Part shown: piece by piece, positions 39,863 through 49,611 of the stretch
Layout of the letters: every line of letters starts with the position of its first letter
How positions within the stretch are numbered: the first letter of the stretch is position 1
Assembly (NCBI GenBank): GCA_963762745.1
Contig: CAVXMB010000007.1
Coordinates: forward strand, 168,653 to 232,652
Direction of reading: 5' to 3'
Source: an uncultured Actinomycetota bacterium
GTDB taxonomy: Bacteria; Actinomycetota; UBA4738; HRBIN12
Length of the DNA stretch: 64,000 nt
Notes under the pieces: generated by a model
The model's input: the letters and a program-made list of their open reading frames with translations, nothing else
Told to the model about the DNA's origin: nothing
The model's database searches: none
Translations under genes and position numbers: made by a program

Positions 39863-42800
39863 GTGGAAAACCCCTCTCCGGAGGTCGCCACGGTCGCGCG
39901 AGACGGTTTCGTCCATCTGCACGTGCACTCCGAGTATTCGCTGCTCGACGGGGCTGCTCGGATCGAGGCACCGGCAGCCAACCGGTCGGCACCGACGATC
40001 TTCTCGGAAGCGCAGCGGATGGAGATGCCCGCGATCGCCGTCACCGATCACGGGGTGATGTTCGGCGCCCTCGGCTTCTACGAGGCCGCACATGCGCACG
40101 GCATCAAGCCGATCCTCGGCGTCGAGGCGTACGTGGCACCGGGCTCGCGGTTCGATCGCGAGCCCGGCGAGAACGAGGAGAAGTACCACCACCTCACCCT
40201 CCTCGCTCGCAACGAGACGGGCTACCGGAATCTGCTGAAGCTCGTATCGGCAGCCCACCTCGAGGGCTTCTATCACCGGCCCCGGATGGACAAGCAGCTG
40301 CTGGCGGAGCACGCCGAAGGGCTGACCTGCCTCTCGGGCTGCCTGTCGTCGGAGCTGTCGAAGATGCTGCTCTCGGGACAGGATGCGCGGGCTCGGGACG
40401 TCGCGGCCCAGTATCGGGACATCTTCGGCGCCGGGAACTACTGGATCGAGCTCCAGGACCACGGCCTCGCCGAGCAGCGCCGGGTGACGCCGCGACAGGT
40501 GGAGGTCGCACGAGAGCTCGGCATCGGCCTCGTCGCGACCAACGACCTCCATTACACGTCGGCCGCCGACGCGAAGCCGCACGACGTGTTGCTCTGCATC
40601 CAGCAGCAGAAGCTGCAGACCGACCCGAAACGGCTCCGCTTCGACTCCGAGGAGTTCTACCTGAAGTCCGCGGTGCAGATGCGGGAGCTCTTCGCGGAGC
40701 TCCCCGAGGCGTGCGACAACACGCTCGCGATCGCGGAATCGGTCGAGCTCGAGCTCATCTACGGGGACGCCGCCCCGCTCGAGGAGCGATACCACCTGCC
40801 CCGATTCGAGGCGCCGGACGGACAGTCGCTCGAGGCCTACCTCCGCGAGCTCACCCTCGCGGGGGCCACGCAGCGGTACGGCGACCCGCTGCCTTCGGAG
40901 ATCGGGGATCGTCTCGATCTGGAGATGAGCGTGATCCTCCAGATGGGTCTGGCCGGGTACTTCCTGGTCGTCTGGGACCTGATCCGCTTCGCACGCGAGC
41001 AGGGCATCCGCGTCGGCCCGGGCCGAGGATCGGCCGCCGGCTCGGTCGTGTCCTATTGCCTGCGCATCACCGACGTCGATCCGCTGCGGTACGGGTTGAT
41101 CTTCGAGCGCTTCCTGAATCCGGAACGGATCCAGATGCCGGACATCGACATGGACTTCGACGAGCGTCGTCGCGACGAGGTGATCAGGTACGCCAGCACC
41201 AAGTACGGCGCGGACCACGTCGCGCAGATCGTCACGTTCCAGACGATCAAGGGCAAGCAGGGGATCCGCGACGCGGCGCGCGTGCTCGGTTTCCCGCCGT
41301 CGGTGGGGGACCGGCTCTGCAAGATGTACCCCTCGCCGGTGATGGGCCGCGATCACCCGATCGAGGAAGCGCTCCGGCTCTCCCCGGAGCTCGCGACCGC
41401 GTACGAGGGAGAGCCGGAGGCGAAGGAGATCGTCGACACGGCCAAGGCGCTCGAGGGTCTGCGCAGAGAGGACTCGGTCCACGCCGCGGGTGTCGTGATC
41501 GGCGACGCGCCGCTCGTGCGCTACCTGCCGCTGAAGCTCTCCAAGGACTCTCGCGACGACTCCAAGCGCATCGTCACGCAGTTCGACATGCATGGGGTCG
41601 AGAAGCTCGGCCTGCTCAAGATGGATTTCCTCGGCCTGCGCAACCTCTCGGTGATCGAGGACACCCTCCGTCACCTCCGGACCGACGGGGTGGAGATGGA
41701 CATCGACCACGTCGCGCTCGACGACCCGGACACGTATGCCCTGCTCTGTCGCGGCGAGACCACCGGCGTGTTCCAGATGGAATCCGGCGGGATGCGCAGC
41801 CTGATCAAACTCCTGGAGCCCGACCGGTTCGAGGATGTGATGGCCCTCGTGGCGCTGTACCGACCCGGTCCGCTCAACAACGGTCTGCATACCGAGTACG
41901 CCGAGCGCAAGCACGGACGCAAACCCGTGACCTACCCGCATCCCGATCTCGAGCCGATCCTGCGGGACACGTACGGCGTGATGGTCTACCAGGAGCAGGT
42001 GATGCAGATCGCCGTGACGATGGCCGGCTTCTCGATGGGCGAGGCCGACACGCTCCGCAAGGCGATGGGCAAGAAGAAGATCGAGTACCTGATGCCGTTC
42101 AAGGAGCGCTTCGTCAAGGGAGCCGTCGACCGTGGCTACCCGGAACGGAGTGCGGCGGACATGTTCGAGATGTTCATCCCGTTCGCCGATTACGGGTTCA
42201 ACGCATCGCATGCATGCGCGTACGGCCTGGTGGCCTATCAAACCGCGTACCTGATGGCGCACCACCCGGTCTCCTACATGGCGGCGATCCTCACGTCGGT
42301 GAAGGACGACAAGGACCGCAAGCCCTACTACCTCTACGCGTGCCGGGCGATGGACATCGAGGTGCTCCCTCCGGACGTGAACGACTCCGCGCTCGACTTC
42401 GCGCCTGCCGCCGGCGGGGGCAGGGCGATCCGGTACGGGCTCTCCGCGGTGCGCAACGTCGGCGAGGGCGCGGTGCAGCAGATCATCGAGGCACGCGACG
42501 CGAAGGGTCCTTTCGAGTCCTTCTCCGACTTCTGCCGGAAGGTCGACCCGTCGGTCCTCGCGAAGCGGATGCTGGAATCGCTGATCCTGGCCGGTGCGTT
42601 CGACTCGCTCGGATATCGGCGGCGGGCGCTGCTCATCGGACAGGACAAGGTCTCCGGCCCGATCGTCGCCGAGCGGAAAGCCGAGGCGGCGGGGCAGTTC
42701 TCGCTGTTCGGCGGTGACTCGGAGGTCGGGCAGATCGACGAATCGGTGCTGGCCGGGGATGAGTTCGACAAGCCGGAGCTCCTCCGATACGAGAAGGAGA

Positions 42801-43414
42801 TGCTCGGCCAGTTCGTCTCGGACCATCCGCTCCTCGAGGTGGCGGATGCGCTGCGCGCGCAGAGCTCGCACGACATCGGCGACCTGGAGGGTGCCGACGA
42901 CGGCGAGCTCGTGACGGTCACGGGCATCATCGGCGGGGTCGCGAGGAAGTACACGAAGCGCGGGGAGCCGTACGCGCAGTTCCGTCTCGAAGGTCTGGCG
43001 GCGGGAGTGGAGGTCGTGGCCTTCCCCTCGGTCTACGAGGCCGACCCCGACCTCATCTCGGCGGACCGCATCGTGTTGGTCGTCGGGCGCATCGACCGCC
43101 GGGGTCGGGAGCTCCAGATCCGCGCCAACGAGGTGCGCGAGCCGACCCTCGCCGGGGTCAGCCCGCAGGCGGGACCGGGATCCGTCGTGATCGACCTCAC
43201 GGCGGCGGCGTGCACGGATGCGGTGCTGGCGAAGATGGCCGAGCTCCTCCGTTCACGGCCCGGGCCGGCGCCGGTGAAGGTGCGGTTCCATTCCTCGGCG
43301 GGTGTCCGTCCGCTCGACATGGGGGAGTTCCGGGTGGACTCCTCGGGCGCTCTGATGGGCGAGCTCACCGGCCTGCTCGGTACAGGCGCCGCCCGCGTCG
43401 AACCCATCGGCTGA
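39863..43414 (+). CDS. dnaE: DNA polymerase III alpha subunit (replicative DnaE1)
   Basis: PHP domain HLHVHSEYSLLDG, a polymerase core, an OB fold and 1183 aa. It is syntenic with mycobacterial lspA-rluD-dnaE1. Confidence 0.95.
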   Translation: MENPSPEVATVARDGFVHLHVHSEYSLLDGAARIEAPAANRSAPTIFSEAQRMEMPAIAVTDHGVMFGALGFYEAAHAHGIKPILGVEAYVAPGSRFDREPGENEEKYHHLTLLARNETGYRNLLKLVSAAHLEGFYHRPRMDKQLLAEHAEGLTCLSGCLSSELSKMLLSGQDARARDVAAQYRDIFGAGNYWIELQDHGLAEQRRVTPRQVEVARELGIGLVATNDLHYTSAADAKPHDVLLCIQQQKLQTDPKRLRFDSEEFYLKSAVQMRELFAELPEACDNTLAIAESVELELIYGDAAPLEERYHLPRFEAPDGQSLEAYLRELTLAGATQRYGDPLPSEIGDRLDLEMSVILQMGLAGYFLVVWDLIRFAREQGIRVGPGRGSAAGSVVSYCLRITDVDPLRYGLIFERFLNPERIQMPDIDMDFDERRRDEVIRYASTKYGADHVAQIVTFQTIKGKQGIRDAARVLGFPPSVGDRLCKMYPSPVMGRDHPIEEALRLSPELATAYEGEPEAKEIVDTAKALEGLRREDSVHAAGVVIGDAPLVRYLPLKLSKDSRDDSKRIVTQFDMHGVEKLGLLKMDFLGLRNLSVIEDTLRHLRTDGVEMDIDHVALDDPDTYALLCRGETTGVFQMESGGMRSLIKLLEPDRFEDVMALVALYRPGPLNNGLHTEYAERKHGRKPVTYPHPDLEPILRDTYGVMVYQEQVMQIAVTMAGFSMGEADTLRKAMGKKKIEYLMPFKERFVKGAVDRGYPERSAADMFEMFIPFADYGFNASHACAYGLVAYQTAYLMAHHPVSYMAAILTSVKDDKDRKPYYLYACRAMDIEVLPPDVNDSALDFAPAAGGGRAIRYGLSAVRNVGEGAVQQIIEARDAKGPFESFSDFCRKVDPSVLAKRMLESLILAGAFDSLGYRRRALLIGQDKVSGPIVAERKAEAAGQFSLFGGDSEVGQIDESVLAGDEFDKPELLRYEKEMLGQFVSDHPLLEVADALRAQSSHDIGDLEGADDGELVTVTGIIGGVARKYTKRGEPYAQFRLEGLAAGVEVVAFPSVYEADPDLISADRIVLVVGRIDRRGRELQIRANEVREPTLAGVSPQAGPGSVVIDLTAAACTDAVLAKMAELLRSRPGPAPVKVRFHSSAGVRPLDMGEFRVDSSGALMGELTGLLGTGAARVEPIG

Positions 43415-43456
43415 CGCAGGAGCCCTCAGCGTCTCTTCCGCTTCCCCGCCTTCTCG

Positions 43457-44194
43457 GTGGTCCGCACGGCCTCTATCGTGCTCGACGTGTTCGAGGTCAT
43501 CCCTGCGATCGATGTGAGCGAAGGCCGACTGGCGACGTTCACGCCGGCCGGGCCCCGCCCGGCGGAGCCCTTCGGAGGAGATCCCGTCGCCGCCGCGGAG
43601 GCAGCGGTGGCAGCGGGCGCTCGGTGGATACACGTCGTCGACATGGACCTCGCGTTCCGAGGCGAAGCCGCGAACCTCGAGATCGTGTCGGCGATCGCGT
43701 CGCTCCCCGTGTCCGTGCAGGCGGCGGGCGGTGTGCGCGACGCGGACCGGGCCCAGGCGTTCTTCGGGGCGGGAGCCACCCGGGTGGTCCTCGGGTCGGC
43801 CGCCCTTGGAGACGAGTCGCGCGCGACTGCGCTGTTGTCGGCGGAGGGAGCGCGACTGGTGATCGGGATCGAGGCGGACGAAGGGCGGATCCGGTCGCGG
43901 GGTCGCGATCCCGTCGACCTCCCGCTGGCCGAGACCCTCGGGTGGCTGGTGGCCGCCGGCGCCACGTCACTGCTCGTGACATCGGTCGCCAGGGTCGGAG
44001 GTCGTGGCGGTCCCGACGTCGAGCTGGTGAAGCGGGTGGTGCGCGCCGGCCGCCCGGTGCTCGCGGCGGGAGGGATCGCATCGATCGAGGACCTCCGGGC
44101 CCTCCGGGCGGCCGGCGCTGCGGGTGGGGTCGTGGGGAGTGCGGCGCTGGACGGTTCGCTCGACCTTTCGGCGGCGATCACCCAGATGACCTGA
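43457..44194 (+). CDS. hisA: HisA/PriA-family (beta/alpha)8 phosphoribosyl isomerase, located in front of trpC
   Basis: IPAIDVSEGRLATF and ...VVLGSAAL...GGIASIED HisA-fold motifs. It is not adjacent to other his genes. Confidence 0.75.
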   Translation: MVRTASIVLDVFEVIPAIDVSEGRLATFTPAGPRPAEPFGGDPVAAAEAAVAAGARWIHVVDMDLAFRGEAANLEIVSAIASLPVSVQAAGGVRDADRAQAFFGAGATRVVLGSAALGDESRATALLSAEGARLVIGIEADEGRIRSRGRDPVDLPLAETLGWLVAAGATSLLVTSVARVGGRGGPDVELVKRVVRAGRPVLAAGGIASIEDLRALRAAGAAGGVVGSAALDGSLDLSAAITQMT

Positions 44195-44228
44195 GCGCCG
44201 ATCGACCGCCGTCTAGACTCGCCGCCCC

Positions 44229-45014
44229 ATGGGGTTCCTCACCGATCTCATCGAGCGTCTCGACCGGGACCTGCACGAACACCCGCTCGACGACCTCGCG
44301 CTGATGGCGCGCGCGTCCGCGATGCCGCCGGTCCGTGATCTCGAGGCAGCGCTGCGAGCGGTGGAGCCGCCCGCGCTGATCGCCGAGGTGAAGCGCGCCT
44401 CGCCGTCCGCGGGCGTGATCGCCGAGCAGGTGAACCCGAGCGTGCTCGCGCGGGGGTACGAGGCCGGCGGCGCCGCGGCGATCTCGGTCCTGACGGAGCC
44501 CCGGCACTTCCAGGGTTCCCTCGCCGACCTGCAGGCGGCCCGGTCCTCGGTGTCGATCCCGGTGTTGCGGAAGGATTTCCTGATCCATCCCTCCCAGGTG
44601 ATCGAGGCGAGGGCGTCGGGCGCGGACGCGGTGCTGTTGATCGTGGCCGCGCTGACCGACACGCAGCTCCTCGCGCTCCTGGAGGCGGCCCGCGACCTCG
44701 GGCTCGCGGCGCTGGTGGAGACACATTCGGACGAGGACCTGCGCCGCGCGCTCGAGACGGACGCCACGGTCATCGGTGTGAACGCGCGGGATCTCGAGAC
44801 CCTCGAGGTCGACGTCGCGGGTGCGCTCGCCAGGGTCGGGCGAGTGCCGGAGGGCCGGCTCGCCGTGGTGGAGAGCGGCATCACGACCCGGGCGGACGTC
44901 GACGCGGCGCTCGATGCGGGCGCGTCTGCCATCCTTGTCGGCGAAGCGCTGATGCGCGCGGACGATCCGGCCCGCGCGGTGAGGAAGCTCCTCTGGAGGG
45001 AACTCCGCACGTGA
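44229..45014 (+). CDS. trpC: indole-3-glycerol phosphate synthase
   Basis: IAEVKRASPS, PVLRKDFL and IGVNARDLET TrpC motifs. Confidence 0.9.
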   Translation: MGFLTDLIERLDRDLHEHPLDDLALMARASAMPPVRDLEAALRAVEPPALIAEVKRASPSAGVIAEQVNPSVLARGYEAGGAAAISVLTEPRHFQGSLADLQAARSSVSIPVLRKDFLIHPSQVIEARASGADAVLLIVAALTDTQLLALLEAARDLGLAALVETHSDEDLRRALETDATVIGVNARDLETLEVDVAGALARVGRVPEGRLAVVESGITTRADVDAALDAGASAILVGEALMRADDPARAVRKLLWRELRT

Positions 45015-46202
45015 CGACGACGACGATCCCCGACGCGCGCGGCCGCTTCGGCTCCTACGGGGGGCGCTACGTCCCGGAGGTGCTGATCCCGCGCGCTGGA
45101 CGAGCTCTCGGAGGCGTGGTTCCGGCTCCGCGACGATCCCGACTTCCGGTCGGAGCTCGATGCGCTGTCCCGAGACTTCGTCGGGCGCCCCACGGCCCTC
45201 ACTCCGGCAGCGCGCTTGTCCGCCGAGCTCGGCTACCGGATCTGGCTGAAGCGAGAGGACCTCGCCCACACCGGTGCCCACAAGATCAACAACGCGCTCG
45301 GCCAGGCCCTCCTCGCGAAGCGTCTCGGCAAGGAGCGGATCATCGCCGAGACCGGGGCGGGGATGCACGGCGTGGCGACCGCAACCGCCTGCGCCCTTCT
45401 CGGGCTCCCGTGCGTCGTGTACATGGGGGAGGAGGACACCCGCCGGCAGTCGCCCAACGTCTCCCGGATGGAGTTGCTGGGCGCAGAGGTGGTGCCGGTG
45501 ACCGCCGGCTCGAAGACCCTGAAGGAAGCCGTGAACGAGGCGCTCCGCGACTGGGCGGCGTCGGTCCGCACGACCCACTACATCATCGGATCGGTGGTGG
45601 GGCCGCATCCGTTCCCCGTGCTGGTGCGCGACCTCCAGCGGGTGATCGGCGACGAGGCGCGTCCACGCTTCCGCGACGAGAACGGCGGGGCCGATCCCGA
45701 TGTCGTCGCTGCTTGCGTCGGCGGCGGCAGCAACGCCATCGGCATGTTCACGGCGTTCGTCGGCGCGCCGGGCGTGCGTCTCGTCGGCGTGGAAGCCGGA
45801 GGGCGAGGAGCGATCCTCGGCGAGCACTGCGCGTCGCTCACCCAGGGCGAGCCGGGCATCCTCCACGGCGCGCTCAGCTACCTGCTGCAAGACGAGGATG
45901 GGCAGGTCGCGGACACCCACTCGATCTCGGCCGGCCTCGACTATCCGGGTGTCGGGCCGGAGCACGCCTACCTCCGTGACGCAGGGCTCGCGGAGTACGT
46001 GAGCGCGTCCGACGACGACGCCCTCGCCGGCTTCCAGGCGCTCGCGCGGACGGAGGGGATCATCCCGGCACTCGAGCCCGCGCACGTGATCGGCTGGCTC
46101 CTCCGAAGGCCGCTGCCGGAGGGCTCCTCCGTGCTGGTCTGCCTGTCCGGTCGAGGCGACAAGGATCTCGACACGGTCCGGGCCCGCCTCGGGATCACGT
46201 AG
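45011..46202 (+). CDS. trpB: tryptophan synthase beta chain, frame interrupted by a +1 shift at about 45091
   Basis: The first 27 aa ([27 protein letters not shown]) are in frame 2. The remainder (ALDELSEAW...[20 protein letters not shown]... to the end) is in frame 0. One extra C lies in the run atcccgCgcgctg. Confidence 0.85.
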
Positions 46203-46973
46203 ATGGGAGGCCTCGAATCCGCCCTGCGCGCCCGGCGCGACGCGGGCGGGCACGCGTTCGTGCCGTACGTGACGGGTGGCTATCCGGGAGTGGACGCGGG
46301 TCTGCTCCAGCGGCTCGCTGCCGCCGGAGCAGACGCGATCGAGGTCGGCATCCCCTTCTCGGATCCCGTGATCGACGGAGGGGTGATCCAGGAAGCGTCC
46401 GCCGAGGCACTCCGGCTCGGGATCCGGCCGACCGACGTCCTCGCCACGATCCGAGACGCCGCGATCGAGGTCCCCGTCGCGGTGATGACGTACGTGAACC
46501 CCGTCTACCGACACGGCATCCAGCGCTTCCTGGACGATGCCGCGGCGGCGGGGGTGAGCGGGCTGATCGTCCCCGACCTCCCCGTCGACGAGTCCGCCGA
46601 GCTCGAGGAAGCGGCCTCGGAGCGCGGGGTGGACGCCGTGCTCCTGGCCGCGCCCGGTACCACGGCCGAGCGCTTCGCCGAGATCGGGCGCCGGTCACGC
46701 GGGTTCGTGTACTGCGTGGCGACCTACGGCGTGACCGGCGCCCGGGAGCGGCTGGACGGCACCGCCGAGGGAGTGGTCGAGGCGCTTCGGCCTCGCACGG
46801 ACCTCCCGCTCCTCGTCGGGGTCGGGATCGGGACGCCCGCGCAGGCGGCGGAGGTCTGCGGGTTCGCCGACGGCGTCGTGGTCGGCAGCGCGCTCATGGC
46901 GCACGTCGTCGCCGGTGACCCGGAGGGGGCCGTCGACCTCGCGAGATCCTTCCGCGGGTCCATCCCGGTCTGA
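46203..46973 (+). CDS. trpA: tryptophan synthase alpha chain
   Basis: TIM-barrel TrpA motifs (EVGIPFSDPVIDG and GFVYCVATYGVTG). The start abuts the trpB stop. Confidence 0.9.
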   Translation: MGGLESALRARRDAGGHAFVPYVTGGYPGVDAGLLQRLAAAGADAIEVGIPFSDPVIDGGVIQEASAEALRLGIRPTDVLATIRDAAIEVPVAVMTYVNPVYRHGIQRFLDDAAAAGVSGLIVPDLPVDESAELEEAASERGVDAVLLAAPGTTAERFAEIGRRSRGFVYCVATYGVTGARERLDGTAEGVVEALRPRTDLPLLVGVGIGTPAQAAEVCGFADGVVVGSALMAHVVAGDPEGAVDLARSFRGSIPV

Positions 46974-47114
46974 GGGATCCCGCATCCGACGCATCTCGGG
47001 CCCACCCCCATCACGTATGACCAGGGGAAACGGCCTCTGCTGGATTGGCCAATCGGGGCCGGGATGTGATAGTCACACTCCATCTCGGGAGACCGGGAAG
47101 AGAAGGGGGGCTTC

Positions 47115-48428
47115 ATGAAGCATCGGACATGGTTCAAAGCGTTCGCCCTCGTGGCCGTGCTGTCCATCGTGGCGTCGGCGTGTGCCGGCGACGATGAAGA
47201 GCCAGGCGGCAACGGAGGGGACGTCGATTGTGCGACCGTCGAGTTCGGATGCGTCGAGGTCGGCGCGGACGAGCCGATCAACCTGGGCGCGGCTCAGGTC
47301 ATCAGCGGCGCCGATCAGACGCTCGGGGTGGACCAGGTGAACGCGATCAATCTCGCGATCGACCATCTGGACGGCGAATTCGACCAGACACCCGGCACGC
47401 TGCTCGACCACGAGGTGAACCTCACCACGGAGGACGAGCTCTGCTCCGCGGAAGGCGGACAGACGGCCGGCACGGCACTCGCGGCCGACGCGTCGATCGT
47501 GGCAGTGGTCGGCACGAGCTGTTCGAGCGCGGCGCTCGGGGTGGCGGACACGATCCTCGGCGACAAGGGCATCACGCTCATCTCGGGCTCGAACACGAGC
47601 CCGGCGCTGACCGATCCTGAGCTGCACAACCCGTTCTACGCTCGTACCGCCCACAACGACCGTATCCAGGGCGCGATCGGCGCGGAGTTCGCGCTGGGCG
47701 ACGACCTCGGCGCCACCACGGCGGCGACGATCGCCGACGAGAGCCCCTACACACAGGGACTGGTCGGTGCCTTCGAGGCGAACTTCGAAGCCGGCGGCGG
47801 CACGTTGACCGGGTCGGAGCAGGTCAACTCCGAAGACACCGACTTCAAGCCGGTCCTCCGGTCGTTGGCCGAACAGGATCCGGACGTGCTGTACTTCCCG
47901 ATCTTCGTGGCAGCCTGCACGCTGATCATCAAGCAGGCGCAGGACATCATGCCCGATGCAGAGCTGATCGTGGCCGATGGCTGCCTGTCGAGCGACACCC
48001 TGAAGAACGCGGGAGCGGCAGCAGATGGTGTCTGGGCGTCTTCGCCGGACCTGTCGGCGTTCCAGACGAACGACTTCTACTCCGGCGAGTTCATCCCTGC
48101 CTATCAGGAGGCGTACGGAACCGAACCGCTCTCCGTGTTCCACGCACACTCCTACGACGCCACGAACGTCGTGTTCGCGGCGATCGAGGAGGTCGCGATC
48201 GACAACGGCGACGGCTCGCTCTCGATCCCTCGCCAGGCGCTCCGTGACGCGATCTTCGCCACGAGCGGCTACGAGGGCGTCACCGGCACGATCACGTGCC
48301 TCGACACAGGTGACTGTGCGACCGACGTGACGATCGGACTGTTCCTCGCTCCGGGCTGGCCGGTCGAGGGAGGCACGGACGAGCCGGCGGTCTACACCGA
48401 CACCAAGTCGCTGGACGAAGTGCTCTAG
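47115..48428 (+). CDS. livK: branched-chain amino acid ABC transporter substrate-binding lipoprotein
   Basis: Lipobox signal peptide (LSIVASAC) plus a periplasmic-binding-protein type I fold. It is the first gene of the livKHMGF-like operon. Confidence 0.85.
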   Translation: MKHRTWFKAFALVAVLSIVASACAGDDEEPGGNGGDVDCATVEFGCVEVGADEPINLGAAQVISGADQTLGVDQVNAINLAIDHLDGEFDQTPGTLLDHEVNLTTEDELCSAEGGQTAGTALAADASIVAVVGTSCSSAALGVADTILGDKGITLISGSNTSPALTDPELHNPFYARTAHNDRIQGAIGAEFALGDDLGATTAATIADESPYTQGLVGAFEANFEAGGGTLTGSEQVNSEDTDFKPVLRSLAEQDPDVLYFPIFVAACTLIIKQAQDIMPDAELIVADGCLSSDTLKNAGAAADGVWASSPDLSAFQTNDFYSGEFIPAYQEAYGTEPLSVFHAHSYDATNVVFAAIEEVAIDNGDGSLSIPRQALRDAIFATSGYEGVTGTITCLDTGDCATDVTIGLFLAPGWPVEGGTDEPAVYTDTKSLDEVL

Positions 48429-48447
48429 GGAAACGAGAAGACGGGAG

Positions 48448-48487
48448 AGGGGCCGCGGGTGAGCCGAGAGGCTCGCCCGCGGCCCCT
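48448..48487 (+). terminator. long imperfect hairpin (18-bp stem, GAGA loop) between livK and livH
   Basis: AGGGGCCGCGGGTGAGCC-gaga-GGCTCGCCCGCGGCCCCT with one mismatch. This is a typical intra-operon attenuator after a binding-protein gene. Confidence 0.45.
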
Positions 48488-48531
48488 TCCCTCGTAGAGA
48501 GGAGACCCCGGCGGGTACCGAGGCGCCGCGA

Positions 48532-49611
48532 GTGGCAGCCGCGCAGCTGAGTCTCTTCGAGCGGCTGCCGTGGCGGCGCATCATCCTCGTCGTCCTGGGG
48601 ATCCTCGTGGTCGGCGTGGTCGTCCTCGGCGCCTGGCGCTCGCTCACGCTCGACAAGGCCGAGGGCGGGTACTCCGTCGGCGCGTGGCGAGACTTCATCG
48701 TTCAAGGTGCCGCGCAAGGTGCGATCTTCGCGATGATCGCGCTCGGCTACAGCCTCGTGTACGGGATCCTCCGGATGATCAACTTCGCCCACGGCGAGGT
48801 GTTCATGGCCGGTGCCTTCGGCTCGTTCTTCTTCGCGGACGCCTACGCGAAGAGCGGATTCCTGGATCGGGACCCCGTCTTCGCGCTCGCGATCGTGACC
48901 GCCGTCGCGATCGCCGTCTCGGTCGGGACGGCCGTGCTGCTCGAGCGACTCGCCTACCGGCCACTCCGCAACGCACCGCGACTCGTACCACTCATCACGG
49001 CGATCGGGGCGTCGCTGTTCTTGCAGAACGCGTTCCGGGGGTTCTTCGGCCCCCAGCCGTACGGCTATCCGAAGCCGGGATCGCTGGCGGGGAACATCAC
49101 GGTCCTCGGGATCCCGGTCCAGAAGGTCCAACTGCTGGTGCTCGTGGTCGCGGTGATCTGCATGGTGGTGCTCCAGTGGTTCGTCTCCACGACCACCACG
49201 GGACGGTCGATGCGCGCGGTCGCTCAGGACCGGGAGATCGCCAGCTTGATGGGCATCAACGTCGACCGGGTGATCGTCATCACCTTCGCGATCGGCGGTG
49301 TCCTTGCCGGCATCGCCGGCGTGCTGTTCTCCCTGACGTTCGAACAGGTGCAGTTCACGATGGGGTTCCGCCCCGGGATCGCGGCGTTCACCGCGGCCGT
49401 GCTCGGCGGCATCGGCAGCATCGGCGGCGCGGCGCTCGGCGGGTTCGTGATCGGGTTGCTGCAGGCCGTCGGACCGCCGCTGATCCTCACCGGGTTCGGC
49501 ATCCCCAGCGTGTTCTCGTTGCGCGACGCGTTCGTGTTCCTCGTGCTCGTGCTCGTGCTCGTCTTCCGACCCGGAGGACTGCTGGGCTCCGGCGAAGCGG
49601 AGAAGGTGTGA
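48532..49611 (+). CDS. livH: branched-chain amino acid ABC transporter permease LivH
   Basis: AIFAMIALGYSLVYGILRMINFAHGE LivH signature after a roughly 45-aa N-terminal transmembrane extension. Confidence 0.85.
   Translation: MAAAQLSLFERLPWRRIILVVLGILVVGVVVLGAWRSLTLDKAEGGYSVGAWRDFIVQGAAQGAIFAMIALGYSLVYGILRMINFAHGEVFMAGAFGSFFFADAYAKSGFLDRDPVFALAIVTAVAIAVSVGTAVLLERLAYRPLRNAPRLVPLITAIGASLFLQNAFRGFFGPQPYGYPKPGSLAGNITVLGIPVQKVQLLVLVVAVICMVVLQWFVSTTTTGRSMRAVAQDREIASLMGINVDRVIVITFAIGGVLAGIAGVLFSLTFEQVQFTMGFRPGIAAFTAAVLGGIGSIGGAALGGFVIGLLQAVGPPLILTGFGIPSVFSLRDAFVFLVLVLVLVFRPGGLLGSGEAEKV

Noticed and set aside
39824-42871. 1015-aa minus-strand ORF
   Set aside because: Antisense to dnaE.
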